63,845 bases of DNA, filler included, from Octopus bimaculoides (GCF_001194135.2; 6 parts of 4 records of this genome joined end to end with filler, not necessarily neighbours in it); one strand, 5' to 3'. Positions 26,379 through 39,754 are shown, counted from the whole stretch's first letter. The notes: generated by a model not told the origin, from the letters alone. Program-made: numbers and translations.

Positions 26379-26759
26379 ATAATTATGGGTAATCTTCCAG
26401 TTTCGAGAGGTTAAAAAAGTAAATAAAATACAAGGGAAATAACTGAACGTCTTACCAGTATTATCCGTACTACTTTGTTTATAAATAAATCACGTGATTT
26501 GATTAACGTTAACTGTTTATTTATAAATCACACACGTGATTGAATATCATAGTTTCTTATGAGAAATCGAAAATGTCTCGTGGAAGACCCCCTGCACAAC
26601 ATCTAACCCTAACCCGAAACTTTAAAAAAAAAAATTCCGTCGCATGCTGTTTTAGAGAAAAAGTAGTACGGATAATACTGGTAAGTCGTTCAGTCATTTC
26701 CCTTGAATATTTTTATTTATTTCTTTTACCTCTCGAAACTGGAAGATTACCATAATTAT
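26379..26759. mobile_element. MITE with ~105-bp terminal inverted repeats
   Basis: ATAATTATGG(G)TAATCTTCCAGTTTCGAGAGG..CAAGGGAAATAACTGAACG..TTACCAGTATTATCCGTACTACTTT is mirrored at 26660-26759. Confidence 0.8.
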
Positions 26760-27784
26760 GTTTACTGTGAAGTGGAAGAACGTGTTCGTTCCTCTCCTGT
26801 AGTAGTTTGGTAATTTTTTTATTCGCTCCTTTCATGCTTCTGTCTTCCTAAAATAAGTTCAAAATTACAAGATGCCTGTGTCACTTCTGACGCTATGTCA
26901 GCGTACTCTCCTCTATTTTGGTCTCAACCATATTCCACAGACACAGATTATCCTGTATATTTGATATAGTCAACTATTTTAAGACCGTAAATTACTGTTT
27001 GAGGGGAGTTTAGCAGCAATTTTTTGCAGGTCAAGCAACCACTTAGTATCTTCCTCATGCCCCTTCCTTACCATCAACATCAGAGAATTACAACCAACTC
27101 TCTCTCTCTCTCTCTCTCACTCTCTCTCACACACACAGCAAAAATAATTGCACCTTTTCCATAACATTCTCAACACAGAAAACAGTAAAGAAAGTAAAAC
27201 AATACTTTTAACAATCATCATCGCTTTAACATCCACTTTTCTATGTTTGCATGGGTTAGACGGAATTTGTTGAAGCAGCAAGTTTTCTACAGCCAGATGC
27301 CCTTCCTGTCATCAATCCACACCTGTTTCCAAGTAAGCAGTGTTTCCCCGTGGCCATATACGTTTCCATGGAAGGTTGCAAATGAAGGACACCGTTTGTA
27401 TGACAGGGATACTCGTTTACAACTAATCATGCGAAATCAAGACCAGGGTACACTAACGCACTCACACACACACACACACACATCCCTTAGCTACTAGAAA
27501 TAAGGTTGGACAATTTGGTGATAGCATTTGAGCCAGAAATATGTGTTAAGGGCTGTCCCTTTATGTCCAGACTATAGCCTGTCCTTTTCCTTTATGTCAT
27601 GTTAACTTTGGAGTGAGTCTACAGATTATCTCCCTTCTCATGAGCTGGTCTCGATTGACATTTGATAATTATGACATAGCCTCGAGAGGAGGAAATAATT
27701 TTGTTAAATCAAGAATTTATGGTGTGTCGACTTTGATTAAAGTGAAATGATGATGATACATATATTTGTATACATATGTATACA

Positions 27785-28080
27785 GTTCCACTGTGTGGCA
27801 CCTTGAGCAAGTGTCTTCTACTATAGCTTTGGGTCAACCAAAGCCTTGTGAGTGGATTTGGTAGACAGAAATTGAAAGAAGCCTGTCATATATATGTGTG
27901 TTTGTGTTTGTGTCCTCCCCGATGCTTGACAACTGGCATTGGTGTGTTTACATCCCTGTAAGTTAGCAGTTTGGCAAGAGTTTTAAAAAAAAGTCCTGGA
28001 GTCAAATTGTTTGACTGAAACCCTTTAAGGTGGTGCCCCAGCATGGTCGCAGTCAAATGACTGAAACAAGTAAAAGATTA
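27785..28080 (+). mobile_element. SINE family B copy
   Basis: Matches the family B core and tail. Confidence 0.8.
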
Positions 28081-28291
28081 AAAATAAAATGATGAACTTC
28101 ACCAACACTGACATCCTGTCTCCAAATCACAACAGGAATTGAAACCACTTCACTTAACAATCATGCTACTTACAAACATAACACGAAGGGTACATGATGG
28201 CCTCAACAATAAAAAAAAAAGCTTAGCACACCACACCCTGTACCATTCTGCACTCCCATTGATATTAGCAAAAGGTTCCAATTCTCTTCTT

Positions 28292-28952
28292 GGATCTTTT
28301 TTAAAACAGGGGCCACATTTTTCATTAACGAAACACTTTGAAACTTGGAACACTGGTAGAATGTGTCATATAAAACATCTTTTTCTCTTAGTCTTCTTTA
28401 AAAAAAAAGAAATCCCTAAGTTATTCCATGTTAAAGTTGTCGTATTTCTGTAATTTCAACCAATCACTGACGTCCATTCANNNNNNNNNNNNNNNNNNNN
28501 NNNNNNNNNNNNNNNNNNNNNNNNNNNNNNNNNNNNNNNNNNNNNNNNNNNNNNNNNNNNNNNNNNNNNNNNNNNNNNNNNNNNNNNNNNNNNNNNNNNN
28601 NNNNNNNNNNNNNNNNNNNNTAAAACAGCAAATTTAAAAAGAAAAAAGCAAATAAAACGAAGAAAAAAAAAAGAAAATGAAAAAAGCAAATTTAAAATGA
28701 AAAAAGCAAATAAAATGAAGCTATGGCTTAATCAGCCAAAGGAGTAAATGTAAACAACTGAATACTTGTCAGTGATTGGTTGAAATTATCGAAATAAGAC
28801 AATTTTTTACATGAAATAAATTCGAATACAAAAATATTTTTCTGTTCTATAACACAAAATAGATAAGTATACGAAGTTTGAAAGTCTTTCGGTACCAAAA
28901 ACACTACGTAAAACATTAATGAAAAATGTGGCCCCCGTTTTAAAAAAGATCC
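28292..28952. mobile_element. MITE-like element with long inverted arms, interrupted by a gap
   Basis: GGATCTTTTTTAAAAC(A/G)GGGGCCACATTTTTCATTAA and AATTTCAACCAATCACTGAC are present in inverted orientation at both ends. Confidence 0.75.
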
Positions 28953-30774
28953 CTATTCTTTGCTTTCCTCTTTTCTTCCATGCAATTGTAAACAATGGTG
29001 TCATTTGATACAGGCTTCTGACCAGTTTCCAACTCACTTATATCTAACATCAACAGTTACAAGGAAACTCCTATATCTCCATGAACTAGGTTCAAAGAGC
29101 ACCAGATTTCCACTGATGCTTACATCTTTTCCCGATATAAAACTTCCCTTCTTAATATTGGTGAAAGGTATGAGTTCCTGCTCACTTCATGACAAGTATC
29201 TTCAACTATACCTTTGAGTTCACCAATACCTTTTAGGTAGAATTGGTAGACAGAAACTGTATGGAGACCCTTCATGTATACTTGATTAGTTTGTTTATCA
29301 TGTTAGCTTGAGTTAGACAAATATATTGTCGAGGCATTGTTCTACAGCTGGATGACCTTCCTGTCACTTACCCGTACCTGTTTTTTCAAATAATGGATCT
29401 CTTATTCCACATGTTTTCGAAGCTACAAAATCAACAAATTGTTTACTCACAGGTGAAATGGCAACACTACCACATGTACATCAGTGATTTTTCAGAGGAG
29501 CACAAATATAAAGGAACACACAAAGACATACACACGCGCGCAGATATATCAAAAGAATTGATTAGGTTTGATCTCAGAATGCTGGATTTCATGAAAGACT
29601 GCAGCAAATGGATATATTGTCCAATGTACCCTTCTCTATTAAGGGAGACCAAATACTAAGATATGAGACATGATGATCAACATCACCATTGTCCATCACT
29701 GAGGAGATCAAAGAAGGTTGAAATCATGTGTTCTAGTGTTCTTGGTGCTGGAAATGGCAGGGATTTATCTCCCCTCTAGCGAAATAACATGAGTGCATTG
29801 TGCACCATAAAGCCAATATGAGAACTTCTTTCATGGTATCTACTGCAGTATTGTTTGTTCTAACAGAACATCCATGTTTAAGAGGGAATAAATATTACCT
29901 CTCTTTATTTAAGATGGTAGTGAGTAACTGGAAGGATGTTTGATTGCTATTTCTCGCAAGTCAAACTACAACATAGTGTCGCTCACCTGTTCACTCATAT
30001 TTCATAGTTGAATGGCTAGCAGCAGGAATGGTCTCTATCCAGATGTAAAATACCTTGTTCTAATAAATATACTGTTCCATTATTATAAACATTGAACTGT
30101 ATTTGTAAAGTGAAAAGCAAATACAGAAAACCTATTTTTCTAACTTTACAACAGTAAATGAGTTGGACTTTTCCCTGAAAAAATAGCAGAATAGCAGAAA
30201 TGAACGACACTGCTCATATGACAGTGGCACTCATTTACAACCATCATGCAATTTCAAAACAAGGACACACACACACACAACAACTGTCTGTTACACACAC
30301 ACACCACACTGTCTGTCACCATGGGTACGCATCTTCTACTATAACCATTGTCCAACCAGAGCTTCATTGGTGGAACAAATATCATCGTGTCCTTTGTTTC
30401 CAATCTCCCATAAAAATGTCTGGTTATAGGGAATATTACCTTGGAAACAGGCAAAGGTTGGCAACAGGAAAAGCATCCAGCTGTAAAAAAAAAATTACCT
30501 CAACAAATTCTGTCTGACCAATATAAGCATGGAAAAGTGAATGTTAATCCTTTAGATGCCAACCCACCTGAGGCTACTTGGGTTCTGTGGCACAAACTTA
30601 CATTTTAAAGTGGTCTCAATTATAATTTTTATCAAAATTTTATGGTAATTTGTTCCAGACCCAAGCTTAATAATTATAAAGGTATTTTATTAAATTCTTC
30701 ATTATTTTAAAAATTAATTGAAACAGGCAGCATGTGTTGATAGAAATATGGTTACAGGAGGGTTAAACGATGAT

Positions 30775-30925
30775 GATGGTTCTTTCAGTTTCCTCTTTGC
30801 AAATCCACTCACTGAAGCTTTGGTTGGCCTGGAACTATAGCAGAAGACATTTGTCCATGGTGCCATGCAGTGGGACTGAACCTGTAACCATGTGGTTGGA
30901 AAGCAAACTTCTTACACACAGCCAC
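30775..30925 (-). mobile_element. SINE family B, 5' part
   Basis: CAGTGGGACTGAACC..ACCATGTGGTTGG matches other copies. Confidence 0.7.
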
Positions 30926-31125
30926 ACCTTATATCATCTATATGGGACGTTTTATGTGTTATGATGTATGTTTATAAGTGCAAAACCTATTAAGTAATAT
31001 TGTAATTGAGTTTTTCCTGTATTGAGATACATAAATAATTCATTGTTTCACTCCAGCTTTAAATACACAAAAACAAAAGTAAACAAGGGGTAAAAAAAAT
31101 GTCTATTAGTTTCCTGTCAACTTAC

Positions 31126-31150
31126 AGCTTGGTGCTTGACAAACAACTAT
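31126..31150 (-). CDS. Candidate 25-nt micro-exon ((N)SCLSSTK(L))
   Basis: Acceptor ttccttaaataccag, donor CT|GTAAGT; phases link 36984-37026 to 25050-25144. Confidence 0.2.
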
Positions 31151-31819
31151 CTGGTATTTAAGGAAATTCTTTCATCTCAGTTCTTAAGTAGTAATATCAG
31201 GGATGTATTTTAACTCCACCCAAATTTTTGTTTTTTTTTTGTTTTTGATTAATCTGTTTCATTTCTCCTTGACCAATTGCATTCACAGATTGTTGAGCTT
31301 TTGACTTTCATTTTTACTTAGCCCCGCCTACCATTAAGTAATTTTGAAAATTCTTTCCTCTGTGTGTGTGTGAGTATGTTCAATGCTCCTAAGAATTGTT
31401 AATGAGAACTATATCATCATTTACCATTTTTAAAACCATCCTAGAAATGTAGCTATATTAACATTACAATAATTATTAACAGGACCCATAGAAATTCCAT
31501 ATTTTGTCAGTGATGTTATTCCTATTTTGATGTATAAATTTATAAACCTTCATAACACTGATTCCTTATGTTAGTTATATTTGAATATGTCTTTGATTTT
31601 CTTCCATAGTTAAAGTTATTTAAAGTATAACACTCAAACACACATGACAAACTGAAGATTTTTATTATTATTATTATTATCATCACAGTGGTGAGCTGGC
31701 AGGATCACTAGTATGCTTCTCAAATCTGCTGGTGTTGTGCTTAAATTAGAAACAATTATTATCTCTTTTTTGATGATAAGTTAAGGTGCCATATTTAACA
31801 CTAGAGCTATTAATGTTTG

Positions 31820-32158
31820 GATCTACTGTGTGGCACCTTAGGCAAGTGTCTTCTACTATAGCCTTGGGCCGACCAAAGCCTCATGAGTGGAACTGGTAGA
31901 CAGAAACTGAAAGACGCCTGTTGTACATATATATGTGTGTATATATTTATGTGTGTGTGTGTCTGTGTTTGTACCCTTACCATCACATGACAACCGATGG
32001 TGGTGTGTTTATGTCTCCGTAACTTAGTGGTTCGGCAAAAGAGACTGATAGAATAAGTACTAGGCTCACAAAGAATAAGTCCTGGAGTCGATTTGTTCGA
32101 CTAAAATCCTTTAAGGTGGTGCTGCAATCAAATGACTGAAACGAGTAAAAGAATAAAA
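31820..32158 (+). mobile_element. SINE family B copy
   Basis: Matches the family B core, internal microsatellite and tail. Confidence 0.8.
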
Positions 32159-35133
32159 GAATATGTCTATAATTACTTAGTAGAGAGATTAAAGAGCTAG
32201 ACTGCAGGGTTCCAGTCATTAGTAGAAAGTTGTAATCAGATTTAAACTCATATTCCCATAAGTACTGTAATCTAACACTTTGAAACCTTCTCACAGCCTG
32301 TTTGATTATAATAATATCTGAAACAATCTTTGTTTTTGTTTTTCTTTCCTTTTTTTATTGCAGTAAGAAAATGCCATGACAACAGAGACTCTAAAAATCA
32401 TCCTAGATCAATCTTAGACTAACAGATGGCATCAGTATAGAATGTAAGTCAGGTTTCTTCATTATATAAATTTTCAATCAATGGGTCACATTGTTGAAAT
32501 GGTGTTCATTTCAGGAACTGACTTTGATAATTTTATTCTATACCAATGTAGATATGGGCATAGTCGGGCAGTTAAGATGTTTGCTTTCCAACTTCACGGT
32601 TTCAGGATCAGTCCTGCTGCATGAAACCTTGGGCAAGTGTCTTCTCTTCCACTATAGCCCTGAGCTGACCAAAGCTCTGTATGTGTGCATGTATGGTGGA
32701 TGAGTGTGTGTGTGTATGTTTGTCTTTGCTTGTCTTGATATTGCATGGTAATTATAAATGCATGTCACTATCATATTAGCAGTGTTAATCATTTCCAACA
32801 TTCTACAAAGACATGTCTTTATTTTGGAAACAGGCGAGAATTGGCAACATGAAGGGCATCCGGTCATAGAAATGGAGTTTATTTTGCAATAAATTCCATT
32901 CAGCCCATTCTAGCACTGAAAAAGAGATGTGAAAATGAGATTGATGATGATGATGATGATGATGAGTAAAGACCACAGACTGTAAGGGACATGGAATTTG
33001 TAACAACATTAGGCCAGTGGGGCAGTGTTTTTGACTATGGAACGATTGGTGATAGGGAAGATACCCAGCATAAACCATGACAAAAGTACGTCTTCTGTAA
33101 AAACAAATGATTAATATTTTAGTTTGGTATTGCCTGTCTCAAATGAGGAAGAACCAGAACATGTGACTTGATTCTAAGTTGGAACAGACCCAACAACCCA
33201 TGCCAGAATAATAAATGGCGGTATGATGGTGATGATGATGATTAACTTCATTGTTAGAAATAAAAGATGCTTTGATATTTCTAAATAGAAAGTTTATTTT
33301 GCAATGTCTTGGTTTTTTTCCCATCTTTCTTCCTTTTATTTGTTCTGTACTGTAGTAGGGAATTACTTGTGACAGACTAGCTCTCTATCCAGTAGGTAAA
33401 TTCATCTTAAATTCACTTACAACTAGAGAATCTAAATTTAAGCATAAACTGTGTGGAATTTTGTGATTCAAGAAAGGATATGCTTTAAATTATGTATTCT
33501 AGACAAAGAACAAGTTGATTTTTCAGATGTAATGAAGACCTGTGACATATCTAAAATAACATACGAGTAACACAAGTTAATTTAATCAAGTGTACCTTCC
33601 CAATGGGCAAAAGCATCAGTTAATTCTGTTTAAAATAATTTTGCTATTTATTTACCTCCAGATCATTCTAAGTGAATAGACCTATAAGCAAAGGAATTCC
33701 AACCATGACCATCCCTCTTAGGAATGTCTAGAACCAAATTACCAATTGTCTTCTTTTTCAGGATAGTAGGGTTTGACTTGAAGGACATTTGGCTACTATT
33801 TCTAGCAGGTTAAGCTATGGTTTATTAGGTTTCTTTTTTGTTAGCTTGAATTACTTGTCGAGGTGAGGAAAAGATTAAAGTTTAACCTAGTTATGTCTCC
33901 TTTCCATTTTTGATGTGGGTTGGATTGGATATCAAAGTCTAAGTCGGTTCTCATTTGGAGTTACTGCCCTTCTAGACAGGTTGGGAAACCACAACTTACT
34001 TATATGTTCTATTTCTGGGAGCATTTCTACAGCTGGATACCCTCCTAATAGCAGCCACTTTAGAAAGAGCATATATATATATATATATAAGGGTAAAATA
34101 ACACAAGGATGAAGGTTAACAGGCTTTAATAGGAGATCACATGACATTTGTTTTTACACTGCACACCAGTTTTGAATTGCTGAGTTTATATTCATACACC
34201 ATTACAGAAGATTGTTCTTTAAAATTAGCATAATACATTTGAATATTTTTCAGCAACAGCTGTGTATAGGTTCTTCATCAAGTGGAATAAATAAATGTGT
34301 GTGTGTGTCTGTGTGTGCTCAGGCTTGATCTCTTTGGCTGGATGCTCTTCCTAATGCCAACCATTTTACAGCATGTACTGGGTGCTTTTTATGTGGCACC
34401 AGCACTGGTATCAATTCTGCTGTTGTAGTTGGGTTTTCTTGAGTACAGCAAGGCACCATATATATATATATATATATATATACATGCACACATACATATA
34501 TACATATGCACTTTCATTTTTCTTTTCTTTCTTTTTTTTTTTTGGACAGAAATTTCCTGCACACTTTGTTGTATCAAGAGTGTGCTGATGAAAATGGTGC
34601 CGCCAAGAAGCATATTGTTTATTTCTTATCTATCTATGGGTTTGACCCATCCCTTACACTGCAATGTGAAAAGGTGCTCAGGAATAAAAAGGAAAAAAAA
34701 TACTGATAAAAACAATATTCATTTGCTCAGATANNNNNNNNNNNNNNNNNNNNNNNNNNNNNNNNNNNNNNNNNNNNNNNNNNNNNNNNNNNNNNNNNNN
34801 NNNNNNNNNNNNNNNNNNNNNNNNNNNNNNNNNNNNNNNNNNNNNNNNNNNNNNNNNNNNNNNNNNNNNNNNNNNNNNNNNNNNNNNNNNNNNNNNNNNN
34901 NNNNNNNNNNNNNNNNNNNNNNNNNNNNNNNNNNNNNNNNNNNNNNNNNNNNNNNNNNNNNNNNNNNNNNNNNNNNNNNNNNNNNNNNNNNNNNNNNNNN
35001 NNNNNNNNNNNNNNNNNNNNNNNNNNNNNNNNNNNNNNNNNNNNNNNNNNNNNNNNNNNNNNNNNNNNNNNNNNNNNNNNNNNNNNNNNNNNNNNNNNNN
35101 NNNNNNNNNNNNNNNNNNNNNNNNNNNNNNNNN

Positions 35134-35480
35134 GGTGGTTCTGAACCAGGAGTCCATATGGTCCCTGAGGTCCCATGTAAAATTTTGTGGGGTCCATGCA
35201 AGAAAATTGTAAATTTGGCATCCACAATAGTATTTTAAGGAACCCTGAAAAGTTTTGCTCGTGTTGTATGTATTGGTATGTATTGCAAGAAACAGCTAAG
35301 TTTCTTTCTTTGACTTTTTACATAGTTTATCTTAGAGAAGTTAATGTGTGAAAAACAAAATAAGAATTTTGAAGGAAGTTCCTATAAAACTAATTTTTAA
35401 GCATTGAATAGCTATGGGGGTCCACCAGAGTAAAATAGTTATCAAAGGGGCCCACAGATAAAAAAAAAAAAAATGGTGGA
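35134..35480. mobile_element. hAT/Charlie-like MITE remnant
   Basis: Begins GTGGTTCTGAACC and ends AAAAATGGTGGAGAGTCCCTG, resembling CAGTGGTTCTCAACC / GGTTGAGAACCACTG termini. Confidence 0.55.
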
Positions 35481-36379
35481 GAGTCCCTGATCTATATAGT
35501 CAACTGAATCCCTCATTCCAAAATTTCTGGTCTTGTGTCTTTAACAGTTATTATGTTGGAATCTTGAAAATAAAAAGTAAACAATAACAACCAATGTAAT
35601 GTGTGTCCGTCTTTGTTTTTCTTCTCATTTTGCCATCTTGTTCACCATCACCATCATCATTATTATCATCTACATTGTCATTGATATCATAATTTTTTTT
35701 TTCCCCCAGTTTTTTTTTTCCTTTTCACTTTTATGGTTTACATAGTTCTGTCATATAAATACCAATTTCGCAATAGCCCTGCTCTTGATAACTTTGCTCA
35801 ACTCCCAAGGTTCTTGTGTGAATAAATAGGAACTACTTAATTTTTTGCTTCTTTTTTTTTTTTATACTTTCTTATGGATGTTTTCTGTTCTTAATTGTTT
35901 GTTGTCCCAATTTCTTTTTACCTTTTACTCTTTCTCCTCTCTTCTCTCACTCACTCTCTCTCTCTCTCTCTCTCCTGCCTTTTTGTGTGCCTGTTTACTG
36001 CCTACTTAAATACCTATCTACAAATCTTCTACTCTTATTCTTAACCATTCTTATCAACAGTACACTCTGGGTCTCCTTTCACATTCAACATTTGATGCCC
36101 CAAATTTCAAACTTTGTGTTTCTTATCTCACATCTGCTGGAATTCCTACTTAATATTGGTGTAGACCCCCAGCATTCACCATTCCAGTTCAGCATCTCTT
36201 TGTACATCTTGTTTACCATTAACTGTGCATCCACTTGTTTAACCCTTTCAAAATCAATCTGCTCCATAAAGTTTGGTCAGAAGCTTGATTCCTCTTGATT
36301 CCAGCATTAATTAATAATAACGCTTTTGTTCTATCCGTTTTCCATTGAAATCATAACTATAGTTAAAAGGAAGGACTTA

Positions 36380-36790
36380 TCATAAGTCACTTGCTATGTG
36401 GACAGTTGAAATAATCTACTTGTGATAGTCAGTTATTATATAAACGAACAGTTGATACTAAAAGATTTATGATGAACTTGTTGCTATAGCAACAAATAGC
36501 TGATGCGATCACATTTATGATAAGTCTTGTTATGTAAGCTGCTGATATGATCCCATTTGTGATAAGTCTTTTGTTATGTAGGCAGTTGATATGATCACAT
36601 CTGTGACGAGTCTTTTGCTACAGAAACAACAGTTTACAAGATCTTGTCAGTGTTAAGTGTGTTGCTATAGAAACAAGCAGTTCACATGATCACACCTACA
36701 ATATGCCTGTTGCCAGTGAAACAACAGCTTACAAGATATCTATGATAAGTTTGTTGCTACTGAAACAAACAGTTGACATAACTGTGAATG
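36380..36790. repeat. Degenerate minisatellite, about 9 units of 42-48 bp, several carrying GTTGCTATAG(C/A)AAC
   Basis: Recurring ATAAGT..TTGCTA..AAC..CAGTTGA..ATGATC..TGTG units; no ORF on either strand. Confidence 0.75.
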
Positions 36791-36983
36791 CCTCTCTGCT
36801 CATGTGAAACAAACAATACTTCTGCTTACATTCAATAAAAAACTACTTAGCCATCTAGTTGGTCTGTTATATATAATAAACATGGCTGGAATTTTTTTCA
36901 CATATAATGTGACATGTTCCCAGTGTCTTGTCCATTCTGACCAGCTAAAAAACGTATCACTGATGGCTTGATTGTTAGCTTAC

Positions 36984-37026
36984 TTGTATATTCTTCATCA
37001 AATACGATGACATCAGCTTGCATATG
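36984..37026 (-). CDS. Candidate 43-nt coding exon (HMQADVIVFDEEYT)
   Basis: Acceptor ctttttattctcaag, donor AA|GTAAGC, GNN-rich codons. Confidence 0.3.
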
Positions 37027-38039
37027 CTTGAGAATAAAAAGTTGTATGTAGTTTGATGGCCATCTCATGTTTTTGCTGTTACCATACTGCCTCTTTTCAG
37101 CATGACTACGTATAGGTTTATACGTAAGGTATGAACAATTTGTTTCGGGAAAGTTTCACGAACATGTTGTTGCATAGGGTTTGACCCCAGGAATTTTCCC
37201 CAGAGAACTAGTCAGGCATAGTGGAGGATGAGAAAGTAAAATGAATTGTTAATGCTTTGTGATATTTCAGATGAGGGTGGGGACCACAAATACCTACAAC
37301 AATGTTGTTTGTGTATGACTATTCTTGGTCCTTATATACAATATCTGCATTAAAAATTCACAGACAATAAGAACCTGTGTAAAATCATATACTTAGATCT
37401 GTGCTGAATGTTTCCAAACCTAATCTGCTTTCATAGCCATGCCCTGTTAAAGTGCTGAGGTTGACATTAGTATCAACTGAGACCTCTGATGTAAGCAGTA
37501 GTGGCAAGAACGTATGTATGTATGTATATATGTGTGCATGTATTTGTGTGAATACTGATTTGTTACTGGATGAAGATGTCTTCATCTTATCCTTCATCTT
37601 ATCAGGCACAGGAATATGAGAAAAAATTATGCCTTGCCCTAAACAGATAAGCAAGAATATTCACTTTATGGCAGCTTCTGCACTTTTCCCCTTATCTGGA
37701 CCAGGGGCCACAAAAGGAGCAACAAACAGCTGTTCCCATAGGACCTGTTGGTGCCATACTATGACACAAACACAGCCACCTTTTGAACTCTCCTTGCTTT
37801 TCCTGGAATCATATGAACATCAGAAACTTGTAAATAGCTTCTGCTGTGACTGGATTCAAATCAGCTGCATAAAATATTGATAACACCACAGCTCTTGTTT
37901 CTTCATAATTCAGTAAGTAAGCTCTCATGGTTGTTCCCATGTACATATAATCCTATGAATATGGTTTGTATTAATTCATTCATTTTGTAAAATATGTAAT
38001 GAAGGTTGTAATTTAATCAATATATACGAATAGATAAGG

Positions 38040-38725
38040 TAGTGATCTGGCAGAATCACTAGCATGCTGGGTAAAATGCTGAACAGTATTTTGTTCGTCT
38101 TTACGTTCTGAGTTCAAATTCTGCAAAAGTCAACTTTGCCTTTCATCCTTTCAGAGTTGATGAATAAATACCAGCTGAACTCTGGGGTCAATTGACTTAT
38201 CCTCTCCCTGAAATTGTTAGTTGTTTACCAAAATTTGAAACGTTTTTATTAGTGAAAGTTTTATCTTTTTAATTCATTTTTTATTTCCTTAAACTAAAAA
38301 GCACATCATATCTATCAAATCTGTTAAAAGAAGATAAGCCATACTTTTTAGTTCATTTCAATTATATCCAAAAGTACAGGTTTGATTAAATGGCAAGATT
38401 TCAAAAGAATTTTTCAAAATTCCTTGCTTGTTTTTAATATATTAACATGATGTTTTCAAATATGGTGACTTACAGTGTGGAATTTCCACAGGTCCCACTA
38501 ATAATAACAATTGTTTTAAATTTTGGCAGGAGACCAACAATTTTTAGGGGAGGGCGTTGGTTGATTACACTGACCTTTGTACTTGACTGGTACTTTATTT
38601 TATTGACCCTGGAAGGATGAAAGGTAAAGTTGACTTCAGTGGGATTTGAATTTAGAGCGTAAAAGCGCTGGAAATAATGCCGTTAAGCATGTTGTCCAAT
38701 GCATTAATAATTCTGCTAATCCACT
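38040..38725. mobile_element. Two SINE family C copies (38040-38245 +, 38515-38725 -)
   Basis: GGCAGAATC..GAGTTCAAATT..CTTTGCCTTTCATCCTT core in both orientations. Confidence 0.75.
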
Positions 38726-38729
38726 ACTC

Positions 38730-38763
<34 letters not shown>

Positions 38764-39754
38764 CGATTTTACTTAATGATAGTAATTCTTAAGGTGATGT
38801 GATATGATAAGCAACCATTATTAATGCTCCCCCCCCCCTATCAGCAGATTTAGGTGAGGGTGTGGTACAAACAGGCAGCAAAACTGTAAATCATGTAAAA
38901 TGCCACCACATGCATCCTTAGCAATATCTGTTCCTTGCCCCGCCCTTAATCTAGCTTATTAGGAGCAACTACTTGAGAATAAACTTTACGCTAAGAATTC
39001 TTCTTCCCATTCCATCCCATTATATGCATATTCTCTTTTTATTCTGCAATATTTGTTTCTTTGAGATGGATTGGTAACTTTCACTTGCCATGTTTTCTTT
39101 GTGCTCTTGCACAGGAAAAAAAAAATGAGAACTAATTGTCTTTGTTGTCTGCTTGAAAAGAAAAAATCAAATAAAAAAAAAAACGAAAAAAAAAGCAGTA
39201 CCANNNNNNNNNNNNNNNNNNNNNNNNNNNNNNNNNNNNNNNNNNNNNNNNNNNNNNNNNNNNNNNNNNNNNNNNNNNNNNNNNNNNNNNNNNNNNNNNN
39301 NNNNNNNNNNNNNNNNNNNNNNNNNNNNNNNNNNNNNNNNNNNNNNNNNNNNNNNNNNNNNNNNNNNNNNNNNNNNNNNNNNNNNNNNNNNNNNNNNNNN
39401 NNNNNNNNNNNNNNNNNNNNNNNNNNNNNNNNNNNNNNNNNNNNNNNNNNNNNNNNNNNNNNNNNNNNNNNNNNNNNNNNNNNNNNNNNNNNNNNNNNNN
39501 NNNNNNNNNNNNNNNNNNNNNNNNNNNNNNNNNNNNNNNNNNNNNNNNNNNNNNNNNNNNNNNNNNNNNNNNNNNNNNNNNNNNNNNNNNNNNNNNNNNN
39601 NNNNNNNNNNNNNNNNNNNNNNNNNNNNNNAAAATACAAAAGGAGGTACTAATTTCTACAAGGTATTATATTTGATACTTTACCTATTCTGCCAATCCAT
39701 CATGAACTACCACCACCACCACCATAATGATAATGATAATAATAATTTCTGCTG

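Noticed and set aside
26660-26690. CTG|GTAAGT as the first-exon donor of a downstream gene
   Set aside because: It lies inside a MITE terminal inverted repeat and is mirrored at ~26450.
29987-30110. Minus-strand exon with strong splice sites (FNVYNNGTVYLLEQG..)
   Set aside because: Stops occur in all frames over its full length and it does not fit the phase chain; similar signals are common in AT-rich DNA.
36380-36790. CRISPR-like reading of this array, the 31-bp array and the 20-bp array
   Set aside because: Units are degenerate or contiguous with no unique spacers, there are no cas genes, and the context is eukaryotic.
37101-37128. Plus-strand start exon MTTYRFIRK
   Set aside because: No convincing downstream exon extends it beyond about 23 aa.
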